Both the position numbers and the translations under genes were made by a program. DNA of 63,933 nucleotides, counting the filler, from Nanobdellota archaeon (lineage in GTDB: Archaea > Nanobdellota > Nanobdellia > Woesearchaeales > CAZZGN01): NCBI GenBank assembly GCA_051819665.1. It is 12 parts of 12 records of this genome, joined end to end, with 100 filler letters (N's around TTAATTAATTAA, not from the genome) between each part and the next. Parts side by side here need not be neighbours in the genome. Positions count along the whole stretch, not along the records: positions 55,836 to 59,977 come from JBNJDG010000059.1; positions 60,078 to 63,933 come from JBNJDG010000061.1; 10 more parts are not named here. One strand, given 5' to 3'. Below are positions 57,120-63,933 of this stretch, in pieces; within the stretch, counting starts at the first letter, position 1, and each line of letters starts with the position of its first letter. The notes below the pieces were generated by a model. It was not told the origin of the DNA. It searched no databases and saw nothing but the letters and a program-made list of their open reading frames with translations.

Positions 57120-59299
57120 AAAACCAGAAACCAGAACTTACGGACCTGCTGGACAAGATATGCAATGGCGAGAGCTATAAGGATATCAAGCCTGAATTCA
57201 GAGAATGGGTCTTTGAAAGCCTGAAGGAAGAGGAGAACAGGGAGAAAGAAGTACTCAGAGCCATGAAGAAATATACATCCAACAGGCTCGGTACGATAAG
57301 GCTCCTGGGAAAGAAGATGATCTCCTTTGAATACAAGCATCCCAAAAAGAAGGATTACAGGGTGGATCTTGTCAGCGGAAGGAGTAAATTGACAAAAAGC
57401 GCTTTCTATAAGATCCTGGAGAGTTATTATGCTCCCAGGAACGAAGATTACAAAGGCATAAGACTCATAGTAAGAAACAAGGACAGCCCTAACTACGATT
57501 TTGTAAGACTCTGGAAGAACGAAAGTATAAAAGATATAAAGAGAATCATGGACAGTGATCTGGAAACCCTGATGAGAAAAACAGAGCAGGGGGATGTAAT
57601 AAAGAAATCCGAGGAGCTTCTCAACAGCCTTTATGATAAAGATAAAACCGGAGAAGAAGCCAGGGAGGAGGTTCTCGATACCATAAACAACAACCTCTTC
57701 AAATACTATGACGAAAGAGATGAGATAACAGAGGAGAATCTTGATGATAATCTGGAAAGAGAAGTCTTCAGGTATTTCTTCTTCAATTTTGCTGACAATT
57801 ACAGGGAATGGTATGGCGAAGACAACATAAAAGCGGCAAAATCATTCACCTCAGAGCTTATCAGAGCACATGAATCTTCCCTCCAGAAAAAAGCACCCTT
57901 TGTCTATGAAAAGAACCAGAAGGAATTCAACAGTTATATCCAGAAAATCAACACTGATAATGGTAAACTGGAAGCGATGATCATATCAGCAGACAATCCA
58001 TTTGAGATGAACCACATAATAGATGATCTGAGCAGAGATAAAATAAAAAACCTACAAACCCCCGGGCAGGAAGCACATACGCTCGATGACATGGTCCTTG
58101 AGATAAATGGTGAACCGGACAGAGGAAAAACACTCCATATGAAGGATGAGACACAGGATATGGAAGGGAGAAGATACGGAAACACTATCATAACAAAAAA
58201 AGATAATGTGGCAGTCATCTTTACCGATTACGGTTATGACGAGTATAAAAGCTTTGAGAAGGACACATTAAGATTCTCAAAGAAGATGCTCTCTGAGGAA
58301 AAGTTCAAAAAGAAAAAAGAAAGGAAAGGCTCATGGGAAGAATCTTTCGCATTCAGGTTAAACCGTTCAGACATCGATGATAAGACATCCATAGAGGACC
58401 CGGAGATGAACGGGGAACTGAAAAGGAAAAAAGCAAGAAGATTCGATCTTGATGATATTAGTACTTCCACCAACCCTTCCGTAAAATCATACCTCAGGAC
58501 AGAAGGCACATCGAAAGGAAACAAATATGAAGGGATACACATATACATGAAAGACGCGGAGATCCAGGTTATACCGAGTTCTTTCACCTACTGGAACAAT
58601 AAATACGGCGGAGCTTCACATAAGCTTTACAAGGAAGAAAAACCTGAAAAAGACCAAAAGACAGGCAAGATAGACAAGTTCGCCAAAGAGACAGCTAATG
58701 AGAAAGCTTCAGAAAACCACATAAGAAAAAACCTCATCAAGATGAAGAAAGGGTTGGCCATGTACGAGACGAATCATTATCTCCATGACGAAGGCCCCAT
58801 ATACAGGAATCTGAAAGAATTCAATGAAAACAAGGACCCCTACAAATACATATCAGCTGTAAGGAGTGCGAGGAGATACTTCGAGAAAGCTGAAGAAGAA
58901 GAGATAAAGATAAACAAGAAAAGGGAAGAGATCAAACAGGTCCTTGAACACACTCTCTATGAGATCCTGGATTCTGACGCGGTCCTGAAAGAGCAGGAAA
59001 AAAGAGATTCCAAAAATATGAGGAACAATATAGAGACAGGTACAAGGTGCACAGAAGCACTGCTGACCCAGGATTTCTTCATGAATGAGGATATATACAG
59101 GATACAGGAGAATATAATGCAGAACAATCTGGTCCCGGCATATAAGGAACCTTATAAAGGAACCAACAAAGAGAAAAGACCCATAGTCTCGATGGAAGAA
59201 TCCGCCAACGCTTATGCAAGAGCCATGTCCTATAAGGTTGGAGAGCGTAAGACAAAAGACACCTTACTCAGGAAGATAGACGAACTCTCCTCTCCTTAG
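57116..59299 (+). CDS. RelA/SpoT synthetase-like protein with large internal insertion
   Basis: GRSKLTKSAFYK, DYKGIRLIV, YEGIH, EIQ, GGASHKLYKE in Rel order. Confidence 0.75.
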   Translation: MKNQKPELTDLLDKICNGESYKDIKPEFREWVFESLKEEENREKEVLRAMKKYTSNRLGTIRLLGKKMISFEYKHPKKKDYRVDLVSGRSKLTKSAFYKILESYYAPRNEDYKGIRLIVRNKDSPNYDFVRLWKNESIKDIKRIMDSDLETLMRKTEQGDVIKKSEELLNSLYDKDKTGEEAREEVLDTINNNLFKYYDERDEITEENLDDNLEREVFRYFFFNFADNYREWYGEDNIKAAKSFTSELIRAHESSLQKKAPFVYEKNQKEFNSYIQKINTDNGKLEAMIISADNPFEMNHIIDDLSRDKIKNLQTPGQEAHTLDDMVLEINGEPDRGKTLHMKDETQDMEGRRYGNTIITKKDNVAVIFTDYGYDEYKSFEKDTLRFSKKMLSEEKFKKKKERKGSWEESFAFRLNRSDIDDKTSIEDPEMNGELKRKKARRFDLDDISTSTNPSVKSYLRTEGTSKGNKYEGIHIYMKDAEIQVIPSSFTYWNNKYGGASHKLYKEEKPEKDQKTGKIDKFAKETANEKASENHIRKNLIKMKKGLAMYETNHYLHDEGPIYRNLKEFNENKDPYKYISAVRSARRYFEKAEEEEIKINKKREEIKQVLEHTLYEILDSDAVLKEQEKRDSKNMRNNIETGTRCTEALLTQDFFMNEDIYRIQENIMQNNLVPAYKEPYKGTNKEKRPIVSMEESANAYARAMSYKVGERKTKDTLLRKIDELSSP

Positions 59300-59720
59300 G
59301 GACATAATTGATTAGTCTGCCTTCTTTTGCAATGCCTGTGCCGAGATAATCCTCGCCTTCCTTCATTATGAAAGGGCCGTCCATATCTTCCGAGACTGAT
59401 AATTCCTCGCCTCTCAGCCATGATCTCCTGCTCTCCTTATCAAGAAGTATAACATTCTTCGTGGCCATATCCCCGAAATACTGGCTTCCGTCAATGCTCA
59501 GCCTCACCTGCCCATTACTCACATGAGCTATGTAAAGCCCGATGGATTCTATATTCACCTTCTTGTCGAGGACCTCAGAGAAACTCTTCTCAGCCATATA
59601 GAGCTTGCCCTTCTTGCTCATCAGGTAAGCCTTATCCCTGTCAAGAGAGAAACCGAAACGTTCCTGGAAATGTGCTGAGATCTTCTTGACTTCCCTCGAA
59701 TTGAGTATGTCCAATTCCAT
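59268..59720 (-). CDS. Nip7-like/PUA-fold ribosome biogenesis protein
   Basis: IGLY, RLSIDG.Q, W..GE, NYVPKERR. Confidence 0.75.
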   Translation of the reverse strand: MELDILNSREVKKISAHFQERFGFSLDRDKAYLMSKKGKLYMAEKSFSEVLDKKVNIESIGLYIAHVSNGQVRLSIDGSQYFGDMATKNVILLDKESRRSWLRGEELSVSEDMDGPFIMKEGEDYLGTGIAKEGRLINYVPKERRVRLSS

Positions 59721-59743
59721 TGAGAGAAGGAACAGCAGAGAAG

Positions 59744-59977
59744 TTAAAAATTTAATGGTTTATAATAAAAATCGATGGTCCTGTCATCTAAGGTCCTGCT
59801 ACTATGATAATGATTGAAATCTTTCTTCTCCAGAAAATTCCTCATCCCATCCTCTCTTGTTGAAACATCAAGCAGTTTTGCCCCCCAATCCCTAGCATCA
59901 TTTATCATCTGTTCAAGCAGTTTCGAACCATAACCTTTTTTTCCCGATTCTTCTGAATTATAAGGATAGAAACCCAT
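59744..59977 (-). CDS. GNAT acetyltransferase, 5'-truncated
   Basis: KKGYGSKLL, FLEKKDF. Confidence 0.7.
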   Translation of the reverse strand: MGFYPYNSEESGKKGYGSKLLEQMINDARDWGAKLLDVSTREDGMRNFLEKKDFNHYHSSRTLDDRTIDFYYKPLNF

Positions 59978-60077
59978 NNNNNNNNNNNNNNNNNNNNNNN
60001 NNNNNNNNNNNNNNNNNNNNNTTAATTAATTAANNNNNNNNNNNNNNNNNNNNNNNNNNNNNNNNNNNNNNNNNNNN
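59978..60077. other. assembly linker
   Basis: N-run with TTAATTAATTAA. Confidence 0.99.
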
Positions 60078-60374
60078 TACCACTAATAACTGTGCTTCTT
60101 TTCCATTCTCCTTTGCATACTTTGCAAGGATGCAACCAAGCTCGAAGGTCTCTTTGCTGAAATGTCCCCATCTGTTCATGTCATAACTTGCTTCTCCTTT
60201 TGGGATGTCTCTTGCCTTCCTTCCTTGTTCTTTTGCAATCTCTTCTTTTTCTTCTTCTGAGTAGTATTGGTATCTAACAGGCAAATGTCCTGCGAAGATA
60301 CTTATCCTTTGTTTATTGGTATTGTCTATGTCTTCTTTTAGTATGGCTTCGAGATATTCTCTTGAATATGTCAT
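60078..60374 (-). CDS. hypothetical protein, 3'-truncated
   Basis: AGGTGG SD; divergent from the Lrp regulator. Confidence 0.6.
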
Positions 60375-60490
60375 GTTACCACCTTTGTTTTTGTTATCAG
60401 AAAGTAGTTATTTTATTTATTTTAAAATTCCTATAGGAAATTAATCATTTTTTAGAAAATTTTATATATTTGTCAAAAATAATCTTAAAT

Positions 60491-61444
60491 ATGGGTCTAA
60501 AAATATCAAAGTCTGACAGAATAATGCTTGCTAATCTGGAATGGAATGCAAGGATAACGGATAAAGAACTTGCTTCCCTTACTAATCTGTCAAAGGATGG
60601 TGTGAGGTATCGTCTTAGGAGGCTTGAGAATAAGGGTGTAATTCAGGGTTATACTGCTATTATAGATCATAAGAGAATCAATAAGGAGTCTTATAAATTA
60701 TACATAAAAATGCAGTCTACGAGAGGAGATATTGAAAGAATAAAACAATTCTTTTTTGGTCGTGATTCAGTATTTGCCGTATTTGAGTCTAAAGGTAACT
60801 GGAATCTGGCTATCGCTTTGTTCTTTGAATCTTCACAAGAGTATTATGAACTCGAGAATGAATTACTTGAGAGTTTTGGTGACTTTATTATAGAGAAGCA
60901 TCTTTGTCAGATGGTTGATGCTTTTGTAAGTACTGGAAAAGCGATTTATGACGAAATGCCTTATCATGAATATCCTCTATGGACAGAACGAAAGAATGTC
61001 TCTCTTGACTCGGTTGATAAGGTCATCCTTTTGGAACTTCGGAAGGATGCAAAAATTACACTGCAGAAGCTTTCTGATAAGACGGGTGTCAGTATTGAGA
61101 AGGTCATGAGGAAGAGAAAAAGGCTTGAGAAGGAAAAGGTAATTCCTATGTATAGTACGACTATCAATTATCCACTGCTTGATCTTGAGATATATAAGGT
61201 GTTTATAAGTGTCAAGACATATGGTTCTTTTGTTGAGAAGAGGCTCCTGGAACATCTTAGGACCGTCCCTCAATTGAGGAACGTTTTTAGAATGAATGGT
61301 CCATGGAAGCTTGAGGTTGAGCTTTCTATAAATGGGTATGGGGAATATGAGAATTTTGTTGAGACCTTAAGCAAAGAATTTCCTGATGTGATAAAAGAGA
61401 TCAGTTTCTCAATATTTAGGAACGAGAGGTTCAATCCTTATTAG
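60491..61444 (+). CDS. tandem (double) Lrp/AsnC regulator
   Basis: two HTH-RAM units (D..ML..LE.NAR....ELA; D..IL.EL..DAK....LS). Confidence 0.88.
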   Translation: MGLKISKSDRIMLANLEWNARITDKELASLTNLSKDGVRYRLRRLENKGVIQGYTAIIDHKRINKESYKLYIKMQSTRGDIERIKQFFFGRDSVFAVFESKGNWNLAIALFFESSQEYYELENELLESFGDFIIEKHLCQMVDAFVSTGKAIYDEMPYHEYPLWTERKNVSLDSVDKVILLELRKDAKITLQKLSDKTGVSIEKVMRKRKRLEKEKVIPMYSTTINYPLLDLEIYKVFISVKTYGSFVEKRLLEHLRTVPQLRNVFRMNGPWKLEVELSINGYGEYENFVETLSKEFPDVIKEISFSIFRNERFNPY

Positions 61445-61487
61445 TTACTGTGGTCGGATTTTATTATTACTCTGTTGATTCAAAAGT

Positions 61488-61637
61488 TCATGTTTTTTTT
61501 GCAATATCCCACATCGTCTCGAAGTAAGATCTGAAAGAATCAGCGACGGGCTTACCCTTTATCAGGATTATCAAAGGCATTTTCTCAAGCAGGACTATTG
61601 CCGTTTTATTCTTGTATATAAGAATTTCAGAAGGAGA
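61488..61637 (-). pseudogene. 3' remnant of a TrmB-like regulator
   Basis: SPSEILIYKNKTAIVL...PLIILIK.K.VADSFRSYFETMWDIAKK*. Confidence 0.65.
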
Positions 61638-61643
61638 TAAAGA

Positions 61644-61892
61644 GTGATGAGAATGTCGAAGCTTGAAGAAGTAGTGGATGCTCTGGATGAGCTGTTGGAG
61701 GACAATACAGTGCCGAAGAACGTCAAGATAAAGATCCAGTCCACTAAATCCATCCTCACAGAAAATTCTGAAGTCTCCCTTAAGGTAAATAAGGCACTAA
61801 ATGAACTTGATGAGCTTACCGATGATACTAATCTAGAGCCTTATACGAGGACGCAGTTATGGAACATCGTCTCGATGCTAGAGATGATTTAG
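61644..61892 (+). CDS. UPF0147 family protein
   Basis: D.TVPKNV, LDEL.DD.NL....RT.LW..VS.LE. Confidence 0.9.
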   Translation: MMRMSKLEEVVDALDELLEDNTVPKNVKIKIQSTKSILTENSEVSLKVNKALNELDELTDDTNLEPYTRTQLWNIVSMLEMI

Positions 61893-61902
61893 ATAATTCT
61901 TT

Positions 61903-62790
61903 TTATGCTGTTTTGAATGCTTCCAGGTATGATTTTCCTGTGCATTCACCGGAGACTCCTGAGTCGGGAATCTCTATCTTCCAGTAAATTCTTTTGTTCG
62001 TATCACTTTCCCTTGCTGTTTTCACATAGAATGAGTCGAGTGATATGGTTCCTGTCTTTGACAGTTCATTTAAGCCTATGTCTGGGTCGTTATCTACACG
62101 GATGGCTTCAGGGGAAAGTGTTCCGGTCTCACAGTCCATGGCCACGGTGTCATTTATACCGGTTCCAGAATCATTGTAAGCGTCAATATTAACATTATAT
62201 TCTACATTACCATCATTCATGAAATAAGTTTCTTCCTCGCTTGAGTTGAATCCTGGGGCTACATTCCCGAAATCAATGTGGTGATCCTGATGTTCGTGGT
62301 TTGATATATCCATCGCCAGCAATTCGAGCACAGTTGTATTGTCCCTCTCGGAATGATTGCTCTTTCCCGCATAGTCGGTAGCGTTTATCTGGCAGTGCCA
62401 TTCTCCTGGTTCAGCGTAGAACTCAACATCAGGGAACATACAATGTGCACTTCCTGCTGAACTGTCGTAATTACAAGATGAATTAGTATAATGGTTGTTG
62501 TTTGAATCCCCGGCTCCGAAGGAACTGCTCGGACCGTAGATCTCCGCTGAAACTTTCTTGATATCGGAGTTCCCGTTGAGGTCCGTTACGTCTGCGGTGC
62601 AATTGACCTGTATACTATCATCCGCTGTGAGTTCTATTTTGTTGTCGTTCTTTGTGCTGTCAAACATATGCACATTAGTGACCTGGGGAGCGGTGCTCTC
62701 TATCTCAAGAGTCGTGTTCCCTTCCTCTGCGAGGACATAATTACAAGAGAGCAGAAGCAGAAGCAATACTAGCTTGGTCCTGTAAATAAT
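61903..62790 (-). CDS. secreted Ig-like surface protein, probable ATT start
   Basis: signal IIYRTKLVLLLLLSCNYVLA; C.A.V.D.NG..DI, W.C...A.D, IDFG. Confidence 0.75.
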   Translation of the reverse strand: MIYRTKLVLLLLLLSCNYVLAEEGNTTLEIESTAPQVTNVHMFDSTKNDNKIELTADDSIQVNCTADVTDLNGNSDIKKVSAEIYGPSSSFGAGDSNNNHYTNSSCNYDSSAGSAHCMFPDVEFYAEPGEWHCQINATDYAGKSNHSERDNTTVLELLAMDISNHEHQDHHIDFGNVAPGFNSSEEETYFMNDGNVEYNVNIDAYNDSGTGINDTVAMDCETGTLSPEAIRVDNDPDIGLNELSKTGTISLDSFYVKTARESDTNKRIYWKIEIPDSGVSGECTGKSYLEAFKTA

Positions 62791-62974
62791 CCACCCACCT
62801 CTTTTCTAATTTACCCAATTGATTTACTTTTTGGGTATTTTTGTATATTAATATTCTTTTTTTATTTAAGGCTTATTTACTATTAGATGGTGGTTTTTAT
62901 GTATAAATCTTTGGTCTGCTAGGCCAAATTTTGAAAGATTTTTGTCAATTTTCAAACCAACCCAGGCTCTGTTA

Positions 62975-63054
62975 ACGATGGGCCACATTGAGTCGAAGTA
63001 TTTCCTGAACGAGTCGGCGGCTTCCTTGTTTTTCAGCCTGATGGCCAGGGGTTT
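62975..63054 (-). pseudogene. second 3' remnant of a TrmB-like regulator
   Basis: KPLAIRLKNKEAADSFRKYFDSMW. Confidence 0.55.
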
Positions 63055-63070
63055 GTTTTTTTTAGATTTT

Positions 63071-63403
63071 CTAACATGTCAGGTGGAGTGCTGCCACCGC
63101 ATCTTCCTCTTCATTGAACAATTCACATGCTTTGTCTGTTTTCTCTTCTATCAGCTCGATATTAAGCTCTCTTGCTTTCTCTCTCACACTCTCATCGACT
63201 TTCATCACACCAAACTTGCCAGTGCCTATTATGAGCTTTTTTGGTTTGTAGTTGAAAACCTCTTCCAGATCCGGTTTTTTAAGGTGATGGCCTCTGTCCC
63301 TCCGCCATCCGGCCATTACTCTGTCAGGGAAGATGATCAGGTCTTTCTTATAGCTCTTCCCATCTATCTTTATCTCCCCGAAAGCGTAATGGTCTATCAT
63401 CAA
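63071..63403 (-). CDS. Mth938/DUF498-like protein
   Basis: Y.FG.I.IDG..Y..D, W.R..GH, IIGTG..G, A.LHLTC. Confidence 0.9.
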   Translation of the reverse strand: MMIDHYAFGEIKIDGKSYKKDLIIFPDRVMAGWRRDRGHHLKKPDLEEVFNYKPKKLIIGTGKFGVMKVDESVREKARELNIELIEEKTDKACELFNEEEDAVAALHLTC

Positions 63404-63456
63404 AGGAGAATTGGTTGTGCTGATTTAAAGCCTTTTTGACAAGAGTGAATAAGGGA

Positions 63457-63933
63457 TTATTCTTTACCCTTGTCCTTCTTCTTTATGACCTTATTCTTCG
63501 TAAGCATAGAATTGGGGACGTTGATCACATCTCCGGAGTCGGTCTCGATCTTCGTCTCGATCAGGTTGATGTGCGTTATCTTACCTTCTATCGTATCCAC
63601 TTTTATCCTGTCCCCGTCATGAAGGAAGTCCTTGTTGTGGATCACGATGCCGCTCATCACGTTCGGTATGAAGTCCTTTATGCCCAGGAAGATGGATAAA
63701 ATGATTATCGCCATCACTGCTGCAGAGATTATATTGAGGACATCAGTAGTGAGCCCGAGCTGGTTAAGGGCCATTATGATTGCTATGAAATAGATGAAGT
63801 ATGTTATGAATGTGCTTATCGTATGCTCTATGGGAAGGTTCACTCCGACTCCTTTCCTGATAGTACTGTCCAGTTTAAGGTCCTTGAGCAATTTCTGTAT
63901 GAGCTTGCCGATTATTTTCCCGAATATAAGGCC
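63457..63933 (-). CDS. mscS: small-conductance mechanosensitive channel, 5'-truncated
   Basis: GIKD...N..SG, GDRI....GKI..I.L..T, .PNS. Confidence 0.88.
   Translation of the reverse strand, partial: GLIFGKIIGKLIQKLLKDLKLDSTIRKGVGVNLPIEHTISTFITYFIYFIAIIMALNQLGLTTDVLNIISAAVMAIIILSIFLGIKDFIPNVMSGIVIHNKDFLHDGDRIKVDTIEGKITHINLIETKIETDSGDVINVPNSMLTKNKVIKKKDKGKE

Noticed and set aside
6595..60077. Eleven N-runs with a central TTAATTAATTAA
   Set aside because: Artificial 100-nt all-frame-stop linkers between size-sorted contigs; ORFs ending in X..LIN and any cross-linker gene neighbourhoods are artefacts
1..63933. Alternative genetic code or stop-codon readthrough
   Set aside because: Conserved genes end at expected positions with TAA, TAG and TGA

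Overview
This window is not one locus. It is 12 short contigs of a draft archaeal genome, ordered by decreasing length and joined by 100-nt N/TTAATTAATTAA linkers, so synteny across linkers is meaningless. The archaeal information genes (tfe, rpo4, eIF2a, Nop10, L21e/L44e/S27e/L11, GINS, Rpp30, DtdA), many class III signal-peptide pilins and several small lineage-typical proteins point to a DPANN archaeon, probably Woesearchaeota (inference). The main finding is a two-gene split RelA/SpoT-like module at 55920-59299. It pairs an HD hydrolase with a translationally coupled 727-aa protein that carries the Rel synthetase motifs in order, interrupted by a ~300-aa insertion; such systems are rare in archaea. 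Other highlights: a secreted MltD-type lytic transglycosylase; three archaellins, an MCP fragment and a pilin/KaiC-like ATPase cluster; three tRNAs flanked by short hairpin-bearing elements that duplicate a tRNA end; structured 5' leaders; decayed toxin-antitoxin and TrmB scars; and likely AUA/AUU starts. All protein calls come from motif recognition by eye, with no database searches.
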